Assembly (NCBI GenBank): GCA_030704615.1
Contig: CM060733.1
Location: forward strand, 30,442,001 to 30,506,000
Direction: 5' to 3'
Source of the DNA: Takakia lepidozioides
Taxonomy: Eukaryota > Plantae > Bryophyta
Length of the DNA stretch: 64,000 bases
Part shown: piece by piece, positions 38,040-50,157 of the stretch
How positions within the stretch are numbered: position 1 is the first letter of the stretch
Layout: each line of letters begins with the position of its first letter
Made by a program: the position numbers and the translations under genes
The notes under the pieces: generated by a model
Told to the model about the DNA's origin: nothing
Seen by the model: only the letters and a program-made list of their open reading frames with translations
The model's database searches: none

Positions 38040-39950
38040 GAGATTTCCAACTCTTCTATCTTGGAGTTTCCGCCTCGGATAGCGAAGGGATGGGTGAGTA
38101 AAAGCCGCGTGACATTTGGCGACCATACTGGGGAACTGGGTCATGAACAACCAGACGTGACAGGCATCTGGTGGGATCATGGTGGTTGGAGAATTAAAGA
38201 ATTTGATGTGAATCAAATTCCTTGTGAAACTGAGAAGGAAAGATTGTCCAAACGATTCTTTCAGAGGTTCTTGGAATTGCCAGACGGTTGTAAAGAAAAC
38301 ATTCTTAAGAGAGTGCATGATGCTGACCCTGAATGGGGTCTGGAGAAAGGAGTGATAAAGATTTATCAGGTGGCCTGTAGAGGAAGAGCACGTTGGTTAC
38401 CAACACTGGTTTATGTGATAGCATTGTTATCCATTAAGCGAGTAGAGTTTGAAGGCTAGGAGGAAAGAAATGTGAATGTTTTTACTCATATGCATGAAGA
38501 GCTTGTACTGGTAAAGAATTGGATTCCAAAGGATATTTTGTGGATCAAACTCACACCAAGAACAGCTTTCCATTCAAGGGTGAAGACAGCCACAGCTGCG
38601 CCATGGCAAGCGGCAGCTGCAAGGTTGCAAGAGTTGCCAGCTAGACCAGCCATTGAGCGTAGTATGGTGACTCATGGGGTAGTCCTGGTGGACAATCAGG
38701 ATGGTGTGTTTCAGCTGGGTGGCCCGGCCGGGAGGAGGTATAGGCCACTGCAGGTTGAGTATGGTGCGCAAAGTCGAGGAGCTAGGAAGAGAAACCACAA
38801 GTCAGCAAGAAGACATCATTGATTCGGAGGCTTGTGTCTCGCAGATGATGCTTTACCAAAAAGCGATAGCCAACAAGTTTGGCATCTCTATATCAATGTC
38901 TCTGGCTGTGGGGACATTTGCAGCACCCAGCGAGTGCATAGACGCAGCTCGCACATCCAGGCGCCTAGAGGACAACTTCGAGACACCCCCTGCAGTTCCA
39001 TCAGTGTTGTCTCCCCCCCGTGTCTGTCATGATCAATTGTAGGTGGGCAATTCCCCATGCGATGGCACGGGAGATGAGGACGCAGACAAATTACCTGGCA
39101 TGCTGAAGGATCCCGTACCTGTGTCTGGCTTCATGGATCCCATGTCAAAAGTAGCATGCCTTGATTCAGAGGCAGCTGGAGAATCACTGGGCATGAAGGG
39201 GGATGATTGTGCAATTGATCTTGGTTCCCCTCGGGTTGTCCCTACCACTCCCCATTATTTGTTGATGAAGAAGGACAGAGATCCAACCAGTGCAAAACAT
39301 TTACTGATTCTAGATGTAAATGGCTCGCTTTGTGAGTGTGTACATGTTGGTAGTGCTGCAGGGTATATTCCAGATGGCTTTGTTGGCAGAACCTGTGGCA
39401 GTAAAATGGTGTTGATGAGGCCTGGCTGCATTGATTTTTTGAACAAGTGTTTTGCGCACTTTGAGGTGGCAGTGTGGTCTTGCATGACACTTCGCAACTT
39501 CCAACCTGTTGTGGAGTGGATTTTCCGTGGCCGGCCTAATCTTGTGTTTCAGTGGGATGGTGCTTACTGTGAACAATCAAGTGAGAGAAATGACAGGCAC
39601 CCATCTAAGCCTATCTTTTTCAAGAACCTGTCAACAGTATGGCGCGAATTTTTTGTATGGAATGAGAACAACACTCTTCTTGTTGATGACACTCCACACA
39701 AAGGGAAGAAGAATCCTGCCTTCACTGGCATATTCCCAGAGCCTTGGAGAAGTGGGGCTCCCGGGGCGACTTCTGACCAGTTCCTCAATACGAAGTTGTG
39801 GCCGCTTTCTTGGAGGGGGCAGCAAAGGCAGCCTCAATTACAAAGTATGTGAGGGCCCATCCTCGGTTTGGACAAGCTTCACATAACACCCTCACAACCC
39901 AGCACCCGCAGATAACTCCAGATTGTACGCGTCATGCCATTGTGTTGCCT
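38040..39950 (+). pseudogene. Large degenerate ORF ending in an FCP1/NIF-type HAD phosphatase domain (~39290-39850)
   Basis: KHLLILDVNGSL, MRPGCIDFLNKCFAHFEVAVWS, IFFKNLSTVW, NENNTLLVDDTPHKGKKNP..TGIFP. The upstream ORF pieces are linked by single stops (38457, 39040) and frameshifts. Confidence 0.85.
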
Positions 39951-40010
39951 AGAGGTAAATACTTTATGCACACACAGTGAATTGTATGTCAATGCAATGT
40001 GGAATGCTAG

Positions 40011-40120
40011 GTGTGTAGCTCTGTCTAGTTTAGCATTTGTCTAGTTTTAGTTTTAGTTTGTGTGTAGCTCTGTCTAGTTTAGCTTTTGTCTAGTTTTAGT
40101 TTAAGTTGTGTGTAGCTTTA
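40011..40120 (+). repeat. ~49-bp tandem repeat, 2-3 copies
   Basis: GTGTGTAGCTCTGTCTAGTTTAGC..TTGTCTAGTTTTAGTTT is repeated. Confidence 0.8.
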
Positions 40121-40385
40121 GTTGTAGGGGAGTAAGCTGCCAGCATAGCAAGCAGTATGGCTGTAACTTGCTCATAGCTCGGTGTATCTCCGCTACCACT
40201 CATCATGCAGTATGCTTTGTCTGTGCAAGTGCCTGCCAGGATTACACAAGTCTCTGGCCATAGGGCATTGCAGGTAAGATTAATCCACTGCCCCATGCAA
40301 TCTGCATTGGCTTATCGCCAACCCATTTGCGAGTGGTATTTGTGGAACCCAGTCCAATGTGTGGAGCATATATTCCTGTGTGCAG

Positions 40386-40805
40386 GTACCTGGCCATTCA
40401 CAAAAATTACCTGGCATTACTGAGCTAGTTGAACTAAGTGATGACATTGGAGCTATGCATAACATGATCGCAGAGAAGGTGCGAATCATCCGCGAGCTAG
40501 AGGCAAAACTGAGAGCCAACGTACACGTTGCACAAAGGGCACAAAGGAAGGCTTATGCTCAACGTAAATCAAGAGGGAAGTCGTTACCTGAGCTGGCTGA
40601 GGGGACACTTGTGATGATGATCAAACCTGGTAAGAAGCGAAACCTGGAATCCTCATGGGAAGGCCCTTACACTTTTGTGGGCTATGTCGACAAGCATCAC
40701 GATGAAGCGATGGGAGAAGGAGAGCGAATCTGCAAGCTGGTGGATAGAGCAGGAAAAAGTTGGAACAGATCACGAAGAGACCTCAAATCAATTCATGTCA
40801 AGTAG
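40386..40805 (+). CDS. Isolated Gypsy integrase C-terminal (GPY/F) module
   Basis: NVHVAQRAQRKAYAQRK..LAEGTLVMMIKPGKKRNLESSWEGPYTFV, an open frame preceded by the acceptor-like TGTGCAG. No integrase core lies nearby. Confidence 0.65.
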   Translation, partial: VPGHSQKLPGITELVELSDDIGAMHNMIAEKVRIIRELEAKLRANVHVAQRAQRKAYAQRKSRGKSLPELAEGTLVMMIKPGKKRNLESSWEGPYTFVGYVDKHHDEAMGEGERICKLVDRAGKSWNRSRRDLKSIHVK

Positions 40806-42869
40806 TTGACGCGTTTGGCCGGGGACCTGCCAATCAAATTTGGGAGTACTTACAGCTGTAGGGCAAAAGCAAGTAATACAAAACAATGGCGGGTGCAAAG
40901 CAACAAGCAGTGAATGATGGCATGGAGCGGGACTTGGAAAGCAAAATTGGCTAAGTATAAAGATGACGCAGCGAGAATTTAGGGTAAAGGGATGGATGCA
41001 AGATGATCAATGTTTTTCAAATTGTCAGTGATGGATGAAAATGGAGAACAGATGGAGAAACAAGTGAAATTCATACAACGGATGGAGAAGAGGATGAAAA
41101 CAAAATCTTGAAATACATTCATCTGTTTGTCAACGGATGGAAGTAGGGGATGAAAAGTGAAATCATGGATGAAAATTTGACAAAGGAATTTAATTGACAG
41201 GTTGACTATTTGAATCCTAAAAATGGCAAATTAAGTTATGATCGGCGCACCGTATGGGCAAAGGGATGGTTTGAGACCAAACTAAGATCGAGGAGATGAG
41301 GATGAAATTAATGTAGCCGCAATTTTATGTTTAGGTGGGGATAAGGCAAAGGGGGATAATACCCGGCCTTGTCGTGACATTCCACGATGAAGAATCTGAT
41401 TTAAATTCTTTGTTTGTAGTATATTATGAGCCCATGTGGGCAGTCAGTGGTGTTGTGTGGTGAAGAAGGAGAGTGAGCACGTATAAATGAGAGCTCTAGG
41501 AAGAAGATAGCACTAGTTTACATATGACACTTGGAGTGGATTGAGAAGCGAGGAAGGTGTAAGCATGTAGTGTGCCTTGTTGTTTTCATAACTAGTGAGT
41601 AGGCTGGTGTATCAGGCCTGTTTGGCTGAATATATAGTGATGATTTTGATCTATGCCTTGGAGTCTCATGGTCATGGGAGAATGGGGAATTTAGACTAAG
41701 CTTTGTTATTTATTTCTTTCACTATGTACTAGACTAATCTCATAGAATTACTAGGATCTATTTCTTCACTAGCACCAATGATGAGGGCTGTTTGTATTTA
41801 GAATAATAACATCATCAGATTATATACAAGATGTTTTCAGCATAGATAAATGGATTTAACAATTAGCTAGACTAGTATTATATTAACTGATTTACTATAG
41901 AGGCATAGAGTAGAGGCAAGAAATATGACATAGAGTAATCTGATTTGGTCCCTGATTAATGGACTAACTCTTTACTGATATTAAGATCAGAAAATTATAT
42001 GCAATAGCAATGCCTAGTGGAGAGAAGTATGATCCATGAAGCAAGTAAATTTGCCAATAGTTCACATACCTCATACAATTAGTAGAGCTGAAGCTTTCCA
42101 GAGATAACTCCCTTGCATGTCATGTATTAAGAAATGCATTAGTCATGACCCAAGCATCAGTAGATGATAACTGATCTCTTCAGGTCAAGACTAACTAAGT
42201 GGCACTCATTGAACGTTCTTCAGCAAATGGAATGCCAGGATATTGAAGTACAGGAAACAAGACGACATATGAACTCCAAAGGGATGATATTTCCTACTAT
42301 GCTTGGGCAAAATCAACACTAGAATACAATAAGTTTCATGCACAAATTTTACTGTCTATTATTGGTTTTCTCTTCCGCTGTAGCCTAGGATAGACAAAGT
42401 ACTAACGGTTGATCAAGTTGATGTCTGGGTAGGTCCCCTCTTTTTACTTACAGTTCTATCATTTTTAAATTATAGATTCATGTAGGAAATAATAGTTTAA
42501 GACTATCCTTCACTAGTTTAAGAGGCCCCAAAAACACAATAAAAGAAGAGCAGGCTCCTCTTGTTCTTCAATCTAGTCTCATTTCCTTGTTTTGGCCTCT
42601 TGCTTGTGTAGTTAGTTTTGAGCTTGAGGGAGCTAGTTCCTAGAGAGTTGAGCTTGTGACTCTCTAGTATTAGAAGCAAGCATAGTGAGAGCGGGATAGT
42701 CCTAGCTCAAGGCCTTGTGGCCATTTAAGGCAAGAAGTAGAGGAAGCACTCCATGAAGTGAGAGACTTGATGACGAATAGGAGTGCCGGAGGACGACCAG
42801 GCTTGAGTACCATTCTACCGAGCGATTTAGTGCATCCCAAGCACCACTTGTTTCAGCACCATACATTCT

Positions 42870-45119
42870 TGACCTTTGAATTCATTCATTTCATTTGTTG
42901 TTCAAGCTTTGTCTAAGAAGGGACCTTATAAGCATTGTTTGCTAAAAATCTATAAAAACTAACCCTCTTTCAAAGAGAATGTGTGTGCATCTCTATGTAC
43001 ATGTGTGAAGAGCACAGGTGTGAACCCCCAAGAGACAGGGCCTTAGGAATCTAACCCAATTACGTCATGGAAGTGAGGGTAGATGTCCATTATTATGTTT
43101 AAGGAGAGGGCGAGCTTGCATGAAGTGGCGAAGCTCTTGTCAAATCTCCCTTTCTAGCTTAGTGGCGACGGCCTTATTGCATGAGACGGCGAAACTATCG
43201 CCAAAATTTCCATATTATTAAGTTCATATCTATGATTCATAAGCCCTCTGGCCATAGAGGACCATGGGAGGCGTTGCTAACTAGCTTTATAAGCGGTTAA
43301 GCTATTTTGTAGAGGGCTGCCAAAAAGTCAGAGCCCAGCACTTAAGTGCCGGCGCCTTAGGCGCCTTTGGGTTGGAGGTCAACTAAGGAGGTTGCCTAGA
43401 ATCGCCATGGAGAGGCGCATCTGACACGGGTGGCACGGCCTTCCCCCGTGGGGGGAGTTGATCCCTGGAGCAAAGTACGGGTCGCTTGGTACAATGCGTG
43501 GCAGCACCAGGCGCCATAGCTAGGCCCGCGCAGGTACGACACGAGCAGCAGAGACGACGGAGACTGCCTATTACTCGCTGGACCCGCACCGGCGGCGGCC
43601 AGCCACGCCGCGTCACGTAGCGCTGGCCGCAGGGTATCGGTTTTAACCGCTGGATATTACGACGGACCCCACCAGGGACTGCTGGTCCCTGGGACGGGTA
43701 TTTTAAGGGGGGTTTTCTCCCTATGCCTTTAATTTCTTGTGCACTATTCATGGTATTCTTCTTGCATGGGAATGAGGGCGTGTTTTAACAGAGGATAAGA
43801 AATGGTTGGAACCATTGGATAGGCCCCAGTGAAGCCATTAGTTTGATATGTATTCCGAGGCTTGTGAAAGCACGACTCACGAGTAGATGCCACAGGCAGA
43901 GAGAGAGAGCCCAGAGACATGGAGGAGAGAATCCCTGGTGGGGTTTCACAAGGTAGAAGATGACATGTTTCAACTTCGTTCTAGGCTGGTTGCCTGCATA
44001 AATTAATCAGATTATATTGGAAGTAGGTGGAAGAGGCGCAGGGACTGGACCCTGGGACCCACTGAATGTTTAATCATTGTTTATACACCATGGTGGTGAG
44101 CAGATGAGAAACTGATAGGCGGCAGATTTCATTCATCCTAGCCCGGTGATGGTTTAAGTTGCTAATGCGTTCTTGAGTGGTTTGGTATATGAATTTAGGG
44201 GGCCTCCCAAGTGGAGAGCGGTTCCCCAATGCTCCCGGCATAAAGAGCGTTCCCAGGGGGTTCCCCTGGTACCTTGAGGGTAATTTAGTTAGCTCCAGCA
44301 TCCTACGATGATTCTCTATTTCTACGAATTTCATGCATTTGTAGGAATATTTTAATGATTTGTTCTTTATTATTTAGCAGGGTAATTCGCCTTTATTAAG
44401 GGATTTTATCCGGACCCCCTTTACTTTAAAACGCAAGCTTTAAAGGCGGTATCGTCCCCTCCGCTGAGGATATTTGAAGTCAAATACCCAGCCGCGGGGG
44501 GGGGGTGGGGGGGGTTGGGGGGTTGGTTGGGCCAAGGAACGGCCATTGTTTTATTAGATCTTGGGAATTACCTAGAGGTTTGATTTATTATCATTCACCC
44601 GATGGACTGACCATTGAGGTTAAATTTTGGATCGCTCTAAACAGGAGAGACTGACTTGGGAAAGCGGATCTAGTCCCTTCCTAGGAGGTATGACACTTAT
44701 CCACCTCGGGATTTAGGGGTTGCATTGGGCGGGAGATAGATGATCCCCATCTCCCTGGGCTCGGGATTCGTTTTGTGAAGGGATTTGAAGGTTCGTCCCG
44801 GCTATAAGCATGTTGGGTGTCCAGGCATGTAGGAAGTAATAATAAACAAGACTTGGAAGGCAATTACGATTAAAGACGTAAAAAACCCATAAACAAAACG
44901 TAGGACTAGGAAACGCAAATCTCCATGTGAAGTGGAGTTGTTAAGCTTTGCTTTGCCGGTAGGAAGTTAGACTATTTAGATCTGTCCATAGCTGCCACGG
45001 GCCCCTGCACTTACCACAGCCGGGTAGGCGGTTCGTTGAGCCCAACCTACACCGCAACTTGCCACGACCCCCTAGGCTAGTATGTCGTCACCCTGGCTGC
45101 GCGCGACCAGGGCTCGTCA
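42870..45119 (+). repeat. 5' LTR (may start as early as TGACGA at 42771)
   Basis: Ends CTCGTCA and is followed by TATTT and the PBS. Homologous to 27354-29547. Confidence 0.88.
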
Positions 45120-45124
45120 TATTT

Positions 45125-45142
45125 TGGTGCGTCTGCCGGGAG
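45125..45142 (+). promoter_or_regulatory. Primer-binding site, tRNA-Gly(UCC)
   Basis: TGGTGCGTCTGCCGGGAG is the reverse complement of the plant tRNA-Gly(TCC) 3' end (CTCCCGGCAGACGCACCA, recalled). Confidence 0.85.
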
Positions 45143-45329
45143 GTAGGTAAAAGTCAGGGCCTCTCAAAGTACTTATGGATGAAATAATGATATGTGTCCT
45201 TGTGCTAGTTCTTTCTTACTTTTTGTTTTATTGCTTATTCATGAAATTACTTCATCACGTGGAGGTCGAGAAACCCCATGATCATATGGATTAGAATCTC
45301 TTGCATGAGAATTTTGAGACAAGTCATTT

Positions 45330-46103
45330 TGAGGACTAACGTTATGGCAATCTTGGAGGTGCAGCATGATCACCGACCAGATGGCAGCCCATCGTTTCCA
45401 CTTGTCATTTGAGGCTCGCGTTGTGGGCCTATATCGTGTCATTTCAGGCACCTGATCCGGCGAAGTGCGGATAGAAGATGCCATCGTGGTCTGCACGTTA
45501 ATGCGCAAACATATCTTGGACATCGCCGAAGAGTACCATAAGTGCTGGATTTCGGCCAAAGTAGGGCTGTTGGGAGACATGGCTCTTACCTCTCCCATCT
45601 CTTCTTTTTTCAGATTCAATACGCGTTGGCCCGGATGTTGCCAACCCCCCTTCTTAGGGAACCTCAACGTGCAATCCTCGCTTGAAGCACATCTCGCCTG
45701 GCAAGTGGCGTATTTAGGGTGTTGCCCTCTATGTCGAACCATTGCTGACGAGGGAATTGATTTTCATCGTCCCCGTCCCACTATCCGGAGGTCTGGAGAA
45801 GCTATATCCTATCTAACCAAGAAGAGTTTTATTGATCTTCTTTTTTATTGGATGTGTTGGTTGTTTGGGTGTGGATTAGAAGACTATATGGAGGTAGAGG
45901 AATGCCTGCCTCACCCGAACACTACCATCACCTATATCTGTTCACCCAGATTTTACAACAGCCGTAGTGAAAGTGCAACAGCATTGATCATTGAATTAAT
46001 CATTGACGGCCGATTGGACGTGGCGCCGACCATACATGATATTACTTGGATTGAAGGTCCCCCTTCAGCAGCTCCTCAAGGCGTCATTGCGGACCTAGAG
46101 TAG
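45330..46103 (+). CDS. Additional ORF upstream of gag (unknown function, one internal stop)
   Basis: 212-aa open frame 45465-46103, extendable upstream across a single TGA. It lies between the PBS and gag. Confidence 0.4.
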
Positions 46104-47004
46104 CCACCGCCATTTTATTTTGCACGGGAAATCCCCACCAGTTTCCTCCCTATCATCCCCTTAAAGATAGTGCATGCTATTTCTTCTATTAGCAGCTCTC
46201 CTTGGACCTCAGCGCTGGGGTCACCTATGGGAATAGACGAGGACTTGCCAGCAGCAGAATACGTAAAGCTGCCTCCAGCGATCGGGGAAGACCCCACAGT
46301 TGCATTTATGCTTTCCATTTCATTTAACCATGTTTGCCAATTGGCACAATCAATGCAATGCTTGAAATCTAAAACGTCATCCACATCATGCTTTGGAGTG
46401 ATAAGAATTGCCGCATGAACTTCTAAAGTGGGTATGAGGCTAGGATCAAGAGGATTCGAAGCAGATTCTAGCAACATGAACCAGAAATTCAACTTATAAT
46501 AGAAGCGTACATCGATCGCTTAGCTCAACGGAAAGCCATCAAGAAAGGGTGGATAGACGAACGGGTTTGGTGTGAACGGCCCTCGTCAACAGACACACCA
46601 GAGCATTTCTACTGGTGTAACGACAGGCTTAACTGGCCGTATTGTTCATGCCCGGGGATATACCTAGGGGTTTTGCACCCCAGGTCTTCCTTCACAGCAC
46701 ATTTAAGGTGGCAGATATATTTCTTCACTCATTGTCACGTATGCCAGCTCTTGGCGTCCCAGTATGTGCGTAGACTTGACGAGTGTAGGTATTGCAGCAT
46801 AACTCGACCACCTGAAGATTGGAAGATACCTGGAAGATTGGAAGATACCTAGAAGATTGCACACTGACATGCTTCCATCGCCACGGTTTCATGGAAGGTA
46901 TGCAAATTTGACCTCGTTTATTCTTGACATGGTAGTTCAAGGAAATATAGGTTCTTTAGTACAGACTGAGGCAGGAGAATCCTCGTCGGTACAGCAGTGA
47001 GTGT

Positions 47005-49790
47005 ATGTCTAGCTCAGGATCGAGAGACACACTCCCAAGCCTAGATAGCATATCGTTTGACACCAGGTTACAGATAAGACTGGCTAGAGAAGCCGTCCGT
47101 GATCAGTTGCTAGGGAAAAACCCAGCATTGAGTCCAGATTCAGACTCAGAAACTAGAAGTTTGGGAAAGATAGAGTGGGAAGGAGAGAACACTGAAAGTT
47201 CTTCGGACATCGATTGTTCACGAGTGGTTTCCCCTATATCTAGTCCCCCTTATACCCCACCAGCCAGGTCAAGGAGTCCCTCGCCATCATTAGTGTCAAT
47301 CATGGCACATATTCCAGGACCTCCTGAGGTACCCATTGTGGTTCTAGCAGGCCTACCCCCGCTTACATTGCCCAAGCATCTATCTTGGTTCTCCGGGGAA
47401 GCACATGAAAATCATGTGAAAAGCTTCATTCAATGTTGCTACTCTAACCAAGCACTAAATGATGCCTATTGGCTGATATGGTTTCCCACAACCATGAGGG
47501 GAAGAGCATCTACTTGGTATTGGCAACAGGCTCCAGGTATATTTATTACTTGGCAGCAGATTCGAGACGCATTTCTCAATCATTTTCGGGCAGTCCACCA
47601 GTTCACCAGTGTCTTGATGGCACTGGCAAGGATTCGCCAAGGCCCCACAGAGGAGGTAGCAGACTTCAAAATGCGATTCAGGGAGCTAATGCGATTCCAA
47701 AACCCTTTGACCCCCCTAGATGATGGGGTATTCAAAGATTGTTTTTTGAGTGGATTATGAGAGGCCACTCATTTTCATGTTTTGCAGCAAAGACCTGCAA
47801 CTTTGGTAGATGCCATACGAGTGGGCAAGGAATTTGACAACATGCATCGCCAAGTACAACGAGCTAAGATGCCCGACTTTGCTCTACCATCGTACATTTC
47901 AATCGAGCCCGCGCAGGAGCCGGTACAATTGCGGTAATCCAGCCCGCGCTGCATTACACGCCATCTTATGTAGGAGGAGTGAGACCCTATGCCCCAGCAA
48001 CGTCCCCGACACTTGTAGTAGCGCTAACGGTGCCACAATACACGAATGTTGTTCCTACCACACTACTACGTTTGGGGGGGTTTAGCGATGCCCCAACGAC
48101 CTCCAACCGCCGCGATTAGCGACGGAAATACTCTACGGGGCCCGGGGCGCGCCGGGGGCATTTTGCGACATCGGGAAGTCGCAGAGACGTCGCAGCGACG
48201 TCGCTCCCGGAACGTCGCTAATTAGCGTCGTCGGGGAATCGCAAACCCCTCGGGACACCCCGGCCGCGGCACCGAAAAAAAAACGTTTTTATCTGCGACG
48301 TCGCATTAGGGACGTCCGGGGGTTGTAAATGCGACCCCCAGACGTCACACAGTAGGAGGGTACATTTGAATTTAGGTGGGAAAATTTGAATTTGAATTTA
48401 AATTTGAAATTTGAATTTCAAAAACTAGTTGACCATTGACTCGGTGTTGACCATTTTGTCCAATGGCAGTTCATGCATTGTTCTACATATATTAGACAAT
48501 GCATGTTTGAACCTAGGACCTCCACATTATACATTTCTAAGACACTGCACACTAACCAACAAATCTACAATATATCTATGTATCACAAAAGCAGTCCAAG
48601 TATATATATACATATCAAGAGTTAGCTCCTAGTGACTACCACTATCTCAATCCTATCATTGTGTTGCAGATTATGCGTACTCTACAGGAGCTCACACAGC
48701 TGGAACTTGCACCGAGACTTGTCCCCAGAGTTCTTCAAGAACAAATATCTATCAATGGCCTAAGTTTTGCAAAGCTGCATTGCAACTTATTGTTGGACAA
48801 TGGCTATAGTCTGAGGATGTCAAGCCCATTATGCTCTACAATCTACTCCCAGAATCAATTTTCCGAGACGCCCCCAGGACGCCGGGAATCGCAGCGCCGC
48901 AGCCCCAGCGACGCATTTGCGACGGCCGGGCGCTCCTGCGACAGCGGAAAATCGCTATAAAAAAAAATAAAAAAAAACGGGGCTGCACTGCGACATCTCG
49001 TTGCGATTCCCCGGCGTCGTAGCATCCCGGGGGCGTCGCAACCCCCTCAGTGCGTTGGTGAGGGAATGAGGTTAGGCCCTTTCCGGCGACGACATGGCAT
49101 TGCAAGATGCCACAATGTCGTCCGAGCACCGACGTTACGACGCCCTGACGTCGCAAGTCCCGAACTGGGCACCTGTGCGACGCTGCAATGGCAGGGGGGT
49201 CGGCGTGCCGGGGTCCTGGCGTCGCTAACCCTCCTAAACGTAGTAGTGCCAACTCACAGGCAGATTCAAGCGGGCAATCCAATTCGCGAGTGGGCCATCT
49301 AAAGGCACAAGTCACTTCTCTCATCAAGACCATTGAAACAATGGGCGACCGCATGAGCTCAATCGGTCAGCAGATTACCAGCTATGTGAGGTACCGAGAT
49401 GCGGCCCCAGTTAGAGAGTCCGGCCCCAACCCGGCCAAGGTATGGTGTTCCAATTGCAACAACTCGGGACATGCGTCTCAACACTGTCCTTATCCCATTT
49501 GGGAGAGGCAGGTAAGCCGGAACCCAACTTATTCAAGATAGGCCAAAAAGACAATTCAATCAATCTCGAAGAGGATGTCAAAAATGCGGAAGAACCACTC
49601 ACCCAACGGAAAATTGTTGGAGTGACATGGTGTGTTTGCACTGCGGCCAACGAGGTCACCCCTTGGACAAATGTCCTCATAGACAAGTGGACCAGCCTAC
49701 GCCGGCCACCATTCAACAAGTAGTGAGGAATTTGGAAGGGCAGCGAGCACTCTTCCTGGATCAGTATACCACTGAACCACCCAACCCTCT
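47005..49790 (+). pseudogene. Gypsy gag (interrupted by a CACTA MITE)
   Basis: FPTTMRGRASTWYWQ..ITWQQIRDAFLNHF..IRQGPTEEVADFKMRF; zinc knuckles CSNCNNSGHASQHC and CLHCGQRGHPLDKC. Confidence 0.9.
48061..49248. mobile_element. Non-autonomous CACTA element
   Basis: TIR CACTACTACGTTT / AAACGTAGTAGTG, TSD CCA, and GCGAC/GTCGC subterminal repeats. Confidence 0.95.
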
Positions 49791-50157
49791 ACCACAACAA
49801 CATAGCATGTATTTTGCTACTCCAACGCAGATAGCGCAGCGGCCTAGAACAGATCAGGCAGGCCATCATATTCTGGGGGCAATGCAGCTATGGGACAGAA
49901 TTCCCGAGCAGCCTATTCAAATCCTGCGGCTCAGATAGCCCAGGGTTCTTCTAATACGTGGTCTCCCCCTCAGGATGTAAGGGTGTAGGGAGGGCAGCAA
50001 GCGTCTACTTCAGCGCCATCCCAGCAGCAGGCCAGTATGCATCCCGGTTAGCCGTCCCGTCAACATGAGACGCAACACCAAGACAATTGGATTTCAAACT
50101 ACGCAGGCTAACCCAGAGGAAGGTAGCTATGCAGTAATGACCTGATAGCTATGAGAT

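Noticed and set aside
27354-45119. The two homologous LTRs as the ends of one retrotransposon
   Set aside because: The PBS follows the second LTR rather than the first, and there is no gag-pol between them and no TSD.
46115-46492. Antisense ORF in the Gypsy leader
   Set aside because: Non-ATG start, no motif, and a length compatible with chance.
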